Program-made: the position numbers and the translations under genes
Shown: in pieces, positions 30,945 to 45,915 of the stretch
How the letters are laid out: each line of letters starts with the position of its first letter
Position numbering within the stretch: the stretch's first letter is position 1
Notes under the pieces: generated by a model
What the model saw: only the letters and a program-made list of their open reading frames with translations
Told to the model about the DNA's origin: nothing
Database searches by the model: none
From: Schmidtea nova
Lineage: Eukaryota
NCBI GenBank assembly: GCA_044892505.1
Contig: CM097882.1
Coordinates: forward strand, 22,444,001-22,508,000
DNA length: 64,000 bases
Reading direction: 5' to 3'

Positions 30945-32066
30945 CTGTTAGTGGGTGTTGAGGGGTCTTTTTGAGACCCCAGAGCACTAATTTGTATATA
31001 ATTAACTTAATAAAATAAATTTTCAAACAATTTTGGCAGGCATTTTTTATTATTATTGCTTTATAGACGTTTGGGGTCTTTTAGTGACCTCACTGTAAGA
31101 CCATATTACAATGCACAAAAAGTAGCACATAAATTTTGTTATTATTAAATATACGAATACTAAAACTCTTGGGATAAGTATGAGGAAACACAACACGAAT
31201 AATGCTAAAAGCAATGGTAAAACTTAATTCGTTTTTCGTTTTCTCGGTGAAAATTACAAACGTAGCATTGCCACATGGTGCACAAAAACTTCGTTTTAGT
31301 TCTAGTGATCGTGAGCAGACATGATATCCTCTTCTCATTTCTATTTTCTACGTTGATTACATTCTTCTTTACAATCAGATAAAGGCCAACGAAGCATTTA
31401 ATTTTTACATATGAGATAAGTTTCCATGACTGTCAGTCTCCATACTTTATTGGAAAAACATTTTAAATGCTTCATTTCTAGAGCTGGAATACAAAATAGT
31501 TTTTAAAATCCTTCAGTGTAACTAAATATATTTATTCTATTTTCTCTAATTTTTCCCAAACTGTACCATTTGCAGATTGCATATGGCCATCTTATGCTTC
31601 ACTAATATCAGATTCTTCTTCACTAGTCATTAAGACTTAGTCACAATTACATCTTCATCAATGCAATTTTCATTTTCTTCATCATTTATGTCACTATCGG
31701 TATCATCATTTCAAACAACATCAGCAGCAGCATTACCTTCTTCTATCTTAACACTATCTTCGTCTTCAGAAGATTCCATTCTAAGAAAAAATACTATTTG
31801 TAAGTGATTTTTCAGATCGTCGTAATCCTTCATTATCTACAATATTAAAAATGGTATTAAAAATATTTAGCATATAACGTTTCGTTTTATTTTTACATTA
31901 CTTTAACAAAATTAATTATAAAGAAGAATAGACGAAAGGAAAATTAATAATTTTCCTGCCTTTCCAAATATTTTTTGAACTTTAAAAATGATAATAAAAC
32001 TACAACACGCCCTTAATCTGACGGTATTTTATATTCTTGTACAGAAGTATTATATTATTCTAGCAG
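30945..32066 (-). mobile_element. Heavily deleted piggyBac remnant
   Basis: TTAA at 30941-30944 with subterminal GGGGTCTTTTTGAGACCCC; Cys-rich C-terminus RRGYHVCSRS...CAPC (ORF 31090-31338), TYLICK..LRWPL motif near 31400, acidic N-terminal stretch at 31650-31780. Right end uncertain. Confidence 0.55.
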
Positions 32067-33435
32067 TTCATTTTGAACATTTTTCCAAGTGAGGTCCATA
32101 AATATGACAAACAAACTATTTTAGTTTAAGTCATTTTAATAATACAATATGATTCTGTCAAAAATTATAGTGTAAAAGTAATGAATGAATGAACTGTTTA
32201 ATTCACAATAAAAGCCTACGGCATATCCCACTTAGAAGATCATACATTATTTACTGCAGGATAAAATAAAAATTTTCAATGAATTCCTCTAATATTTTAC
32301 GATAAATACACTATTTTGATTATCTTTCACTGTAATTTTTAATAAATTTACTTCTGTTGGGTATTTATCAGGTAGTCTGTGCTATTTATCGGACTCCTTG
32401 TCCTATATCATAGATTGACTAAGAAAACAACCAAACACAGTAAAATTTATAAGAAATTGTTTACAACTTTTGACAAATATAAGTCTTTGTATACAGCTTC
32501 AATTCGATTCAGCACAGGTATCGCAATTCCTAACGATTCTCGACCTTTCGTCTTAGAAATTATTTACTCACTTTTTCTCTTTGACCACTGGCAAATTTTG
32601 GGATTTGTCTTTTCTTTTTATTTTGCCCAGTTAAGTGGGTATCCCTTATCCGTTCAAGCTGTCCGGCGGCGCCTCTAAATTTGAAACTGCTTAATTTAAT
32701 TTATTAATAACGAAAATGTTAATTACCCTTCTGTCGATTTGGTTTATCGGGTTTTCTTTAAAATCAATTTTTTTCGGGGATAATTAACTGTCTCTCTGAT
32801 CATCCGGGTTTCTCAAGCTACTCGGGATTTCCACTGACTCGGGTTTCCCATTAGCTCGGATTTTCGATTAGCCAATTTAATTCTTAATTTATTTATTAAA
32901 TTTTTAATTCCTTTCTTCTGGTGACCACCATTATTTTTATTTAATCGTTTTTGAATTCGTCTCACGATTAAGCATACACCCTTGTTAAATCTATATTTTA
33001 TAAATTTTAATTAATTTTCATGGTTTAATTATTAATTTTAAATTTTTATTGATTTTTATCAAGTTTTTGTGCGTTTATATTTTCGTATTTGAACTTAATT
33101 TTATTAAACCACAAGACTTCCATTTATATTGGATAAAACAACAGTATTACTATTTTTGATGATAACTTCGTTTGACAAATGATCTCAAATGTATTTTCTT
33201 AGCAGATAATATAGTAAAACAATCATTTTCTCTTGAAAATTTTAAGGAGGGTGTTGGTATTTTTCTATAACCAACCTAATTTTTCTATAACCAACTTTAA
33301 AAGTGAACACTCACCAACTGTTAAAATTAATTTACAAATTAAATAAATTTTTTGTTATTTAAGAACTTTTCAAATTTAAAGTTCGCTCTATATCAATTCA
33401 ACATATTTTTTTGAATATATTTTGATTACATATTA

Positions 33436-35330
33436 CACTGGTCTGCGTTAAAAATTTTTTTGAGGTCGAGGGTTTTGAAGCTTTTTTAGTATAATTTTGG
33501 TATGCTGATTTCGAAATTGCCACTCATTTTACTTGTTTGGCTCTAGTTTTTGTTCTACAGACTAATATTTTATTTTTAACATATGTGGTCACTGAATAAT
33601 TACAAAATGGAAATACAATGTTACCAAAGAGATTCAGTCAGACAGAAATGATCGTTTTAGAGCCTTTCGCGCATGTTTCACAACTGGAGTATCTCTTTTA
33701 AACACCAGCAATAGTCAGCGAGCATATTTATATCCCATCTACCTTGATATCGTTCCTCCATCACTCGTATGTCTTGGTGAAAACGTTCCCCTTGTTCTTC
33801 ACTATAATCTTCACAGTTATCTGGAAAGTAGTCCAAATGAGAACTGAGGAAGTGCAATTTCAATGACATTCCCGCACCAAGTAGTTTGAAGCTCTGAAGA
33901 AGATTCTTAATCTCGTGTTGATACTGGGTACTCCGATGATTACCTAAGAAATTGTTAACTATTGTCTTGAAGGCTTGCCACGCTGTCTTCTCTTTGCGAT
34001 TGAGTGACGAATCGAAATTGTTGTCCTTTATAAGTTCTCTAATCTGCGGGACATCAAAAATTCCGTTGCTCAGCTTAGATTCCCCGATAGTTGGAAATTT
34101 GCGTTTCAGAAAAGTGATTGCTCGACTATCTTCTCTAAGCGCTTTGATTAAAAGCCACATAATGCCAAGCTTGATGTGGAGAGGTGGCAGGAGGATTTTT
34201 TGAGGATTTAGCTGAGGTCGCGAAAGTACGTTGTAGGATCCAGGTTGTAATGCCTGTCTTTCTGGCCAGTCGCACTTGATGTAGTGCTGTTCGTCTGCCC
34301 GACTGTCCCACATGCATGAAAAACATGGTTATTTGGTATAACCACCTTGTAGACCCAAAACTAACGCCACAACCTGAAATGCAATTGAGTACAAAAGTTA
34401 TAGAATTTCTGTAAGTTATTTAAGCGTGCTGCTTACCTTAAGGTCTCCACAAATCAACCAATTGTGTTGCGAATAATTCAACGAACGACGAAGAAAGTCC
34501 ATGTTGTTGTAATTTTCCGACATCTGTACCGAATGCCCAACAGGAACAGACGCTACTCGATTGCCATTGTGAAGTAGAACTGCTTTGAGACTTAGACAGG
34601 AGGAATCTATGAAAAGTCTCCATTGCTCAGGATCATAATCAACCCCCCAAAGCTGCAATTAGGCCATTGATATTGTTACAATATACCAGTGACCTAACAA
34701 CTGAGAACACTCTTTAGACAAGTCATTCAACTCATCTTGAGTCAAAGACATGGGCTGATTTTCATTCATAAAAGATGTTGTAGATGCCACGGTGTCAGAG
34801 TCATCTGTACTTGAGGATGATGATGAAATGGTAAAATAAAGTAGCTTCGGAATAGGAATTTCCGGACCACGAGGGAGATGTTTAATTGCAGAAGGTACGT
34901 CTGCATAAATCACATGAGGCTTATTTTTCTTGGTCACACCTAAAATCGAACAGATTCATTTACAATTTATATCACACTAAACATGCTCATGGTATTTTAA
35001 CTTCTAAATTTGTCATACAAAAATAGCAGTCAGTACAGAGCCTTCTCTCCATACCATAGGGATTCCAAAAGGTAAGGAATTCTGTTTTTTGTTCCTCCAG
35101 CGACGAAGACCTTCTACGCATGTTTTACAACAAACACGAGGGGCAAATGATCCTGATCTCCAAGCTTTAATCCAAAATAAGCGTAATAACTTTGTTTCAC
35201 AAAATCTGTGATATTTAACTTACGACCTGGTAAAATTACTTGACCGCAAATATAACAGAATCGATCAGGGTGATTTTTACTCGCTCGGCGCATTCTAAAA
35301 ATATTAATTGAAAAAAATAATTCTAGCAAA
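33436..35330 (-). mobile_element. CMC Chapaev3-type transposon, intron-containing, decayed
   Basis: HPDRFCYICG, DCYFC, WRLFIDSS..SLKAVLLHNGN, ICGDLK, LPPLHIKLG, SEEQGERFHQDI...YQGRW...MLADYCW; end CACTG at 33436 after TTA; frame-restoring introns 34374-34436 and 34940-35018. The other end was not found. Confidence 0.88.
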
Positions 35331-36207
35331 ATGCAAAAAATAAAATAAATAATAACGTACCTTGACTATCAAATCAAGTAAAAGTTGTTATCACCGTGAT
35401 GTGTTATACTTATGTTGAAACAATGCTATTTGAAAGTGACGATATGCAAATAACGATTTTAAACAAAGATGATTATAAAAAATTTATTCATAACGAACAA
35501 TTATTAATTATCTCAATCTGAGATTAAACATATTGCTTTAAGAGAGTTGTAAGTAACTTTAAAAAAATGTAAGTCAAAATTAATATTGCAAATTTCTGTG
35601 CATTTTATGAAAGACTATTGTTATTTCGTCTCTTGAGGATTTATGATATTATGTAAAGCATCAAATACTATTACAATTGGATTTGCTTGATACTCTCGTG
35701 TCATATGCTCGTGTCATTTTTTATCGTAAATTGAATATAAGTCATGTTTGTATAATATGTATTAGCCTTTGTATGTAAATATGTGTATAGAATGATTTCT
35801 AGAGCCAATCAAGTAAAACGATTATAATATTCAAATTCAGCGTGCAAAATTGAGTAGGAAACAGCTGAGAAACACCAGACCTCAGATATGACGCAGACCA
35901 GTGTTATAAATTAAACAAAATAAAAATAAAAAAATCTTACATAAATTTTAAAGAAAAGAAAAGAAAAGAAACAATCAAAATAAATATATAAAACAAAACA
36001 AATTTTTTAGATTTTATTTCTCATGAGTAAGAATATATGATCTAGCTTTTGTTTTAATAAAACAAGTGTGAATTAAAGAAATATGAGATATATTGAATTA
36101 TATGCGCAATCTTGTAATTTTTTTTTACAATAACTAAGTTTTTTGATAGACTTTTAATATTTATTATATAATGCACATCTACTGAATAGTGTAAAATTGT
36201 GTAATTA

Positions 36208-37480
36208 CAGGGTTTTCTGGATATATTTGACATTTTTATAATTGATTTATAATATAATTGATTTATATTTATAATTAACCCACAATACTCATCATTTAAA
36301 AGTTTGGACCCTTCTTCATTCATATACAAGATGTCAGAAAGGATAGATGACTGGAACCTACCTGAATCATGGAAGAGAATAACTTGCATCATCATGATTC
36401 GTGCCGGCCATCAAAATAAGGATATTATGACTGCTGCCCAATGCTCCCTGAACACATGAACTAGAGACTTGCAATGGTGACTATGAGGCTGTAGCAAGAA
36501 GAAAGATCCAAAACAGACAATCTGATTGTGTTCATACAGCAGAACATCTGCAGGAAAAGGTGTTGAAGAACCCTGACATTGAAATTCGGGCTATGTTACG
36601 TGAAATGAATGTTTCATTCTCCACTATGAAGCTTGCACTCAATGAAAACCTTCGCTCATACAAGCGCCACAAAGTTCAGCTTCTAGCAGAAAAGGCCCGT
36701 GAAAATCGTTTGATAAAAGCGAAGAAACTTCTGAGCAAAGTGAAACATCCTGCTGAACCACATACAATCTGGTTCTCTTCCGACGATAAAAACATTTGCC
36801 AGGATCAAAAACACCACATGCAGAATAATAGATGCCTTGCATCTAGTCTAAAGGACATTCGTCGTGTAATGCAGGCTAAATTTCCCCAAACCGTGATGAT
36901 TTTCGGATGTGTGCCATCTGAGGGAGATGTAATGCCTCCCCATTTTTTTCAGACAGGCCCTCAGGTTGAATTCAGATGGCTACGCGGAGTTGCTAAACAC
37001 TAGTCAAGCCCAGGATAACAAAAGTAGTCAATAGTAGGCCGTATGAATGGCAGCAAGATTCGGCCCCTTGCCACACCTCTGGGAAAAGTCAAAAATGGTT
37101 GTCTGAAAATTTTTACGACTTCACCAGTCCAAATGTTTGGCTTCCTAACTTCCCAGACCTTAACCCTATGGATTATGTTGTATGGGGCGCAGTTAAGAAA
37201 GACATCAATTGTTGTGCCAGTAATACAAAAGCCCAGTTAATGGATAAAATTAAGAGTGTTTTTGAGGCCCTTCCCAGGGAGACTGTAGCATCAGCTTGTT
37301 CCAGGTTCCGAAGCAGGATTTAAGCTGTGATCGATGCTAATGGTGATTATTTTGAGTGAAACTTGTGGATAGTATTGTAATATCTGTACCTGTTATTTTT
37401 TTCAATTCATTAAATTTAGTAGTTACAAAGAAGATTTCCTTTTTACTTACGAAATTGTCAAATTTATCCCGAAAATCCTG
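36208..37480 (+). mobile_element. Tc1/mariner superfamily, maT (DD37D) element, frameshifted
   Basis: TA flanks; TIRs CAGGGTTTTCTGGATATATTTGACA vs reverse complement CAGGATTTTCGGGATAAATTTGACA; WFSSDDK, WQQDSAPCHT, PDLNPMDY; I count 37 residues between the second and third Asp. Confidence 0.92.
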
Positions 37481-38999
37481 TATATAAATAATATAGATTT
37501 TCCATGATTTTGAAATTAGTAATCTACAATGAATAACTTTTTCACAACATGCAAATAATATTTATTTTAAAAAAATTATAATAATTAAACAGAAGATTCT
37601 TAAATAGTTTGAACTCAAATATGCAACATATCTTCATGAAGATCTTTGTATTGATTTTGGAAATTATCTTCTGATAAAAATTTAGTTTTTTTCGACTTTG
37701 AAAAAACATTCTATTTAGTCCTTTTGTTAATTGAATAATTATTAATAATAATTTTTCACTTGTACTGATAGAATAAGATTGCATATTCATCATATAAAAT
37801 TGTATTATTAAAACACAATTTCATACTATTTCAAAGTTGCAATTTATATTCATATCCAGTTTGCCCAAAGAACCCACAAATAAAAAGTAATTTCAAATTC
37901 TCTATCTTTATTTTTCCCATAATTTTCTAATTTAGAATGATACCAATGTAGAGTAGCTAATTTTTTCTTTGATCGTTTTATGTCAAAATAAATTTTAGGA
38001 ACATTTTTGAATTTTTTCTCCATATTTTTCCTCAAAATATCACACTTGTATATTTATAAAAACGACTGTGTATATGTTGTCCTGATACATTTCCTGATAT
38101 ACAAGATTCTTTATAATGTTTCCTTTTTATTTAATAATTTCTAGAAAAGCACTTTCCTTTACATTTGCAGCTGCTCTGACTTTAAACGATAATCATATGA
38201 GCATATTTATCAGGTTACTAACTGGTTTATTTTTACTTCATTATTTTTGATTTTTTCTTTAACCAGTCTTCTTCAAATTTATAAACATTTATTATTTTGA
38301 AGATCTTTCATTCAAATAGGAATTCAATTTGTGACAGAAATTGCAAAAATTAGTATAAATTCTATATCCCATCGCTAGATATACTTACAAAAATAAGTTT
38401 TTATATAAATGTAAAAGTTCTTAGTCTAATTAGGTCTGAATATATTAAATATTTAGATGTAAATGATCTGAAATAAAGGATGAGAAAATGAATACAGTTT
38501 TTGAAACAGTTATTTCAAATGTTTAATATGCCACTTTGTGGATTTGATTGCAATTTTTTAAAAGCCAATACATTTCTTTGACAATAAATTCTTTTAAATT
38601 CTGAATTTAGATATATAATGGGGCTACGTTTAACGAGCACAATTCGTTCCATAATCTTAAAATTGAGCCTACATATTGCTACATATACACCGAATTTATT
38701 TATTATTTACAATTTGTTCCTTCTTTTTTAACTCTTTCTTTTAACTTCCAATTTCTGTTTGTTTTCTTGTCAAACTTTGGATCGATTTTTAACCCACTTC
38801 CCGATATCCAATCGATCTGAATATTTGCGAGCAGACTCGTGGTGGCCCACAAATTATTCCATTGAAAAATTGAAAAATTTTGAAACAATGTGATTTTTAA
38901 ATTTACTGTTGCCAAGAAACTACCAAACAATGAAACAACAATAAAATTAACCGAGAACATGAGAAAAAGAAAGAATTACATTAAAAACTTGTTTTTATG

Positions 39000-41700
39000 G
39001 GCTCCTTTTTTTCTACTCTTAAATTTCCATCACTTCATCGTTTGGAGTGGTAGTCTTTTCTTTTTTAATACTGTTCGTAATCTTGACATATTCTTTTGTC
39101 ACGATAGATATGTTCCGATAGATATGTTCCTCGTATTGCTATGACTAGGCCGTATTCCAGTTTGATTATCTTTGTTACATGTTCATTGATTAATCTTAGT
39201 ATGCTACTCAACTCTTCCTTTTTGTTCTTATTTTCTTCAGTCAGGGTTTTTCATCGTTCCTCAAAGTTGTTTACTTGTTTTAGCAGCTTGTCGATTCTAC
39301 CATTTTGCCATTCATTGTTCCATTCGTACGTGTTCTTCTCTTGATTTTCATTTTCTTGGTTTATATATTCTTCGTTGTTTCGGTTTATTATCGCATGATT
39401 TTTTGTTTTGGTACACTATATCGCTCAATGTCATCTCTGCCCACACTTGTAACAAGTTTCTAGTCTCATTGATTTGTTCTTTCTCAAAATAATTTTGAAA
39501 AATTCGATTTTTGTAATACTTTTCTGCTTGCAAGTTATTGTTATCTTTACTTAGTATTTCTTTGCTTTATTTCTTTGTCGTTGTTACATTTTCGCTTGTT
39601 GTATAATTTTTTTCGTGCTTCTATTTTGACCTATATCCCTTTTTCCATAGGCTTTTCCCTTATGTAATTTCTTTCAACATTTTGAACAACATTTCTTTGA
39701 AACTATCAATTTTTCGATGTCCTTATTTTTGGCAATTTTCAGAAACCTTGTTCGTTTTATATATGTGTATATATGATAATTCTCATGTTCCTGTTGATTA
39801 TCTTTCTTTACTTTTTCTTCATGCTGATTTCACATTCACCTGTATTGTGNNNNNNNNNNNNNNNNNNNNNNNNNNNNNNNNNNNNNNNNNNNNNNNNNNN
39901 NNNNNNNNNNNNNNNNNNNNNNNNNNNNNNNNNNNNNNNNNNNNNNNNNNNNNNNNNNNNNNNNNNNNNNNNNNNNNNNNNNNNNNNNNNNNNNNNNNNN
40001 NNNNNNNNNNNNNGTTCGATTATATACATATATTATTGCATAACAACTATATAAACGATATACATTATTATACAATAACTGTATGAATCAATATACGGTA
40101 TTTCGTAATAGATATATAGATTTATAAAAATCTTATGTAATTTTGCACAAAATATAAAGTTACGTAACATATATACAAAATTATGTCATTTCCGAAAAAA
40201 TATGGAAAGTACCTTTCCTGTGATATTTGGTTTAATTTAGATAGCTAGCTATATTTGTTATCATTATTTTCCTTTATCGATCGTTATTTTTTCCATTTGC
40301 TTTTCTGTTCTGGTCTGTTTGATCTTTATTTATTACTTTTCCTACCTTACTGATCCTTGGTTTTCTCTTTTTTTGTATTTTACAAACTTCTTTATTTTGT
40401 GAGCTATTTCTTTCACTCATTAGTTTCAACAATTCTGTTTTTAGTAATTCCTCTTTTATTTTTCTCTAATGCACTTCTTTAGCACTGGTAATTCTTTAAA
40501 ATTACTCCATCTAAATTCTGCTTCTCGCACTTCCTTGATTGTTGGCTTTTGTACTTTTGATTGGCGATTTGTCATGATGTTAATTCTCCAGCTATTTACT
40601 TTTGACATCTTTTCGTCTTCACTTTCTCTGACAGTTTCTTCTGTTTTGGCTATTGTTATTTGTTCTTGTATTTTCATTAGTTGGTTTTTCTTTTCCATGT
40701 ATCGTGCTTCTTCTTCATTTCCTTTCTCTTTATTGTAACTTTCATATGTAATTCTGGCTTATATTTGTACAAATAATCATTTTTTGTCCTATTCAACATC
40801 GCCGTTGTCGATAGCAATTATTACGATCATGTCATTTTCGCTAGAAATCTTTATAGTATGTCTATATCTTCAAGGTTTGTATATGGTCTTTCTATCAAGT
40901 TGTGGATATTTCTGTTGTCGAGATTGTCTATACTTGTCCTTGTTTTGGGTGTTCATAATTTTAATTCTTGTTTGTTGCCAAGCTGTTTTCTCCTGCATCG
41001 ATAAGGTTTGTATCGTTTGTTTTCTAAAACTTTCTTTTCCATTTCCACTGTCTCATACGATCTCGCAGCCTTTACATTCTAACGTTTGCCTTGCCTTGTG
41101 TGCTTCTTTGTAAATTGGCTAATTAGTTGTCTCCATCTTTCTCCACAAATATTGCTTGTACATGAATTACGTTTCGTTACCAAATTTCTTGATTTTCTCT
41201 TAAGTTGAGTTTTAGTTTGGACATCTCTTTGTTTATTCTTGCTGTTGACAGTTCATTAGTACTTAATTCGTTCGTTTTTGTTATCATTGTACTTAATTTC
41301 GCTTTTGAATTCGTTCATCTCGTCTAATTTTTTCTTTCCGTTGCTATTGACATTATTGTGTACTTTTACACTTTGTTTTTTACCGATTTAATTTGTTAAC
41401 CTTGCTTTCTCTCGTTGAATTTCATTTTTACGTAAGTATGTAGTCTGTTTTAATAGTTTTAATCCAAATTTGATTTTCCTTTTATCATTTTCGATACTTT
41501 TATCAGTCGTTTTCTTTACATGTCTTCATTGACATCCATTTATTTTGTAGTTGTTGAAAATTTGTTTTTGTCATATCTTTTGTTCGCTATTCGTCTTCGA
41601 TCTTGATTTATTCTCGTTTGCTGTACTATATGAATTTTTCATTCGATATTCTGTGATTCTATATAAAATCGCTTATCACATTTAAAATGTTTCATAACTC
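39000..41700 (-). mobile_element. Possible very old non-LTR retrotransposon (L1/Tx1-like) remnant
   Basis: Strong strand asymmetry (A-rich minus strand); weak RT-like traces in the expected order (PKQGQV.TIS, ENDMIVII, KVNSWRINIM...IKEV); many stops. Boundaries approximate. Confidence 0.3.
39850..40013. other. Assembly gap (164 N)
   Basis: Run of N. Confidence 1.
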
Positions 41701-43086
41701 AGTTGTTGAGGATACATAAATAATATTATTTTACAAATTATTATTTAAAAAAAATAAAATTTAAATTTACCTAGATTTTTCACATTTAGAAATTTGATTG
41801 TAGGATTGCCGATTCTAATCAACATTCCGGAGATAAACTTCGTTTAAAAAAATTTATTTAGCGAAATATTTTAGGTTAAATGAGTTCCGCAGTAAATTTT
41901 TTTTCAAAAAAATAAATCAAAGGCACATAAAAGTCGTTCTAAAATCTATCAAAAAAGGGGACATAAATGCCAGCAAGAAAAAAATAATGATAATAATAAA
42001 TATGCAAATTATTCCTATGATTATAATAATAAAAATTATTATTATTAACATTATTTCAATAATGATTGGCATTATTAATATTATAATTATTATTACTGAT
42101 ATTATAATTAATATTATTATAGCAAATTATAATTTATTATTATAACTAATATTATAAAATTATATAATAATTTCAAAATAGTTATTACGAAAATAAATTT
42201 GAGGACGAATTTTTTTAATAGGGGGAGATATGTTGAGGATACCTAAATAGTAAATAATATTATAAATATCATAATTATCTTTTTGTTTCGCCTTTGATAT
42301 TTTTTAAATAATAATATCAATAATTCCCATAATAGTAAGACTATAGATCAAAATATTTTTTTAAAGAAGTACACAATATTTCGCACAGCCTTTATCAAGT
42401 GTGTATTTCGGTACATCCCCACAAACGTCTTCTCAACATGATTAATGACTGCTCGATCTTGATCTCAGAATTTTCAAAATTTTATCAATGAGTCAATTAG
42501 TTAGTTACTTTCATTAATTTGGGACTCAATTCAACTCTACGAATCATGACTCCAACTGGACGTGGAACTCATGAAGGCTATGTAGCTATCAAGGCTCGTG
42601 CGCCCTTAATTTAAGGTAGAGACTGAGAAGTTAGTTAATTGATATAGATCAAAACAAATAAAAATTAGAGCTTTATTTTCCAATGAATTATAATACAGAG
42701 AATTTATTTACAATGTTCACGTTCCGAAATAATAAAAATCCTAAAGCAAAATAATGCTAACAACAAATTGCAAAATTATATTATTATACCTATTTGCACT
42801 GTGCTATTATTCTAAATTTTCGCAAGCTCGCCAATTAATCAGCGTTTGTCTGCCCACACAAAATGTAGTATTTTTAGTGACTGCATTACCGGTAAACGGT
42901 AAATCAATTTACCGGTTTTACCGTCATTTTTCCTTTACCGAATTACCGGTAAATTTTAGTTTATTTACCGGTAAAACGGTAAATTAATTAATTTTTTTAC
43001 GAAATTAAAACAATCTAAATTCTAAATAACGATATGAATTACAATGTATAGAAAAGCATTTATATAATAGATATTTATATATCTAG

Positions 43087-43209
43087 ATTCTAGAACAAGA
43101 AATTGTTATTTTGCGCACGAGCGAATTTTTACTATTCGAGGGTTACACCGCGTAGCCGAGAAGAATAATTTCTTTGAGAGCGCAAAATAACAATTTCTTG
43201 TTCTAGAAT
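43087..43209. repeat. 30-bp perfect inverted repeat with 63-bp spacer
   Basis: ATTCTAGAACAAGAAATTGTTATTTTGCGC (43087-43116) and its reverse complement (43180-43209). Confidence 0.95.
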
Positions 43210-43935
43210 TGTATATTAAATTTTTCCTGACAGAATATTTTTGCTTTCTTTTAAATACGCATACTATGATATTTAAAAAACAAAGAAAACAAAAATTAAA
43301 TAAATTTGTTTTATGTTTAAACAGGTTTAATCAATAGAATACCCAAAATATAAAATTTCTATGTATTGTTTTTTGGTATTGATTTTTTTTAATGTTTTAA
43401 GAGAGAGAAATGAAATAGAAATCTGAAATAAACACAAAAAATTATAAAACTTATTTTTATCTTGCAGAGTAAAAATGAAATCCAATTGGTTTTCGTATTG
43501 CCTACCACTACTAAAACGTGTTTCAAAGAAATTTGCAGTGACACTCATAATTCAAAAATCGTTTGGAAAAAAACGTATCAAAAATATAACCATCTCTTTT
43601 ATCCTTTTCATGTAATATTTTTTCATGTAATATTATTTTCTAAAATGAGTAGTCCATTTGTATGTTCGTTTTAAACTATAAGAAAAGAAGACATTTATTT
43701 TTTATGTACCTACTGTTTGCACTCTTCTAACACGAAAATAAAAAAAGAAACTTTTTCGGAGTGATAAGTTTACAATTACAATTTTGAGGAAATTAATGAG
43801 TAAAATAGTAATTGTGTATTTTTAAATTACTAATCCATTAATCATTAAAATATCACGGTATGTATTTATAATTTGGTATTAAATTTTGTTGAATATTTAC
43901 TTGATTAAAATTTTTGTTGTTAGCCCTATAAAACA

Positions 43936-45915
43936 ATGGAAAGCAACAATTTACCTAACTACGAAAACGAAACCAAAAAGACATTATGGGACTTCTTTTT
44001 GCGTAAAGGAAACGATGCCGCGAAATGCAAGAATTGTAATAAAACTTGAAAATCCGTAGGAGGTTCTACCAGTGGACTACACTATCATCTTAGAAGTCAG
44101 CATCAAATTAATTTACTAAAGCGAGATAAACCAGACCCTTCTACGCAATTCTCTCAAAATAAAAGCGACTGCGCTGTGAGCACTTCAAAGGGTGGTATTA
44201 TGAATTATTTCAAAAACGTAGTTGATGATACTCTTCCTGCAGTGATTTCTAGGATGGTAGCAAGGGATGGGTTACCTTTTGAAAAGTTTTGTACCTCTTG
44301 TGATTTGAGAAAATTATTAATTGCAAAAGGATATGATGTCCCAAAATCAGCAAATTCAATCAGAAAAATTCTAATGGATTACGGAGAAAAAATTAGGAAT
44401 GAAGTACGTGGAGAAATTTCAAATCATAGCAAAAATGGAAGCAAGTTTAGCCTCACGTTCGATGAATGGACATCCATCAAAAACCGTCGTTACATGAATG
44501 TAAATGTCCATGTTGAAAAACAGTTTTGGAATTTAGGCTTAACGCGGTTGCAAGGATCGATGCCTGCAGAAAAATGTGTAGAAACTCTGGAAAAAAAACT
44601 TCAGGAATTTGGACTAAATTTTAATAGCGTCGTAGCGATAACTACAGATGGGACAGCAGTAATGAAGAAGGTTGGTGTAGTTTTAAATATACATCATCAG
44701 CTATGTTATGCGCATGGAATCCAGCTCGCGGTGGTTAAAGTTTTATACAAAAGAAAAAGTGAAATAATTGAATTAGCAGAAGAATCAAGTAGTTCCATAG
44801 AAGATACCGAAGATTATTATGATGAAGATGATGATCTTAATGAAAATTTGATTATAGTAGTAACGGATGATCCAATAGTTCAATGTGATATCTCCCATGA
44901 AGAATTATTTCCTATTATAAACAAAATACGAAGAGTAGTGAAAATATTTCGAAAGTCACCTACTAAAAATGATGACACTCTTCAAAAGCATGTCATCAAT
45001 GAATTTGGATCTGAAATTTCTTTAATATTGGATAGTAAAACCCGATGGAACAGCTTATTAGCTATGCTGGAACGTTTCTTCAAATTAAAATCCGCTGTGA
45101 GAAAAAGTTTAATAGACTTGAATGTTGATATCAATTTTTCAGAAAATGAATTAAACTTTGTTAATGAAATGATAAATGCATTGGAACCAATAAAATTGGC
45201 AGTTGAATCTCTAGGCTCCTCAGATTTTACATTATTAAGTGCTGATGTAACACTCAAATTTATGCTTGATGAATTATATGAACAGAATACTGTTCTAAGT
45301 AGAGAACTTCAACGTGAATTAATCATTCGAATCGAAGAACGTAGAACAAATTACTCAGATGTGCTTCAGTTCTTACAAAATCCTTTAGAATATGAAATAT
45401 CAAAGGATAACACAAATTATGGATTATTTAATAAACTAAATAAAAGCGCAATAGTCAAAACTATTGTTTCAATTATTGAGCGCTTGGTAATAAATATTGA
45501 TATAAATAATGAAACAGAAACTGAATCACCTGAAGATGAGACAATAAATTTGTCCGTAACCGTACCACAACAGTTGACAATGAAAGAACGGTTAAAAATC
45601 GCCATTCAAAGGAAAAATGAAGTTAATTTTGACGCTTTGGCTACTTCACCAATTAAAAACAAAAAGAAAATAGAGAATATCATCAAAAAGGAAATGAATT
45701 CTATTGCGGAGGAAAAACGCCTTGGAACATATTTGGAATTAGCACAAAAATATTTGCATACAATAAAACCAACGAGTGTGGAGTCAGAAAGAGCCTTTTC
45801 TGCTGCAGGAAAATTGTGTACGAAGATTAGATCAAATCTTAATGATCAAACAATAGATACAATTTGTATTTTACGTGGATATTTTGGTAAGCAGAAACAT
45901 TTAGTTGGTACTTGA
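43936..45915 (+). pseudogene. hAT transposase with a single nonsense codon in the BED finger
   Basis: ATG 43936 is in frame with ORF 44176-45915; TGA at 44047-44049 interrupts LWDFF...CKNCNKT*KSVGGSTSGLHYHL; FDEWTS, CYAH, TRWNS and PTSVESERAFS are intact. Confidence 0.92.

Noticed and set aside
39682-40086. Four ORFs spanning the N run
   Set aside because: Artefacts of the assembly gap.
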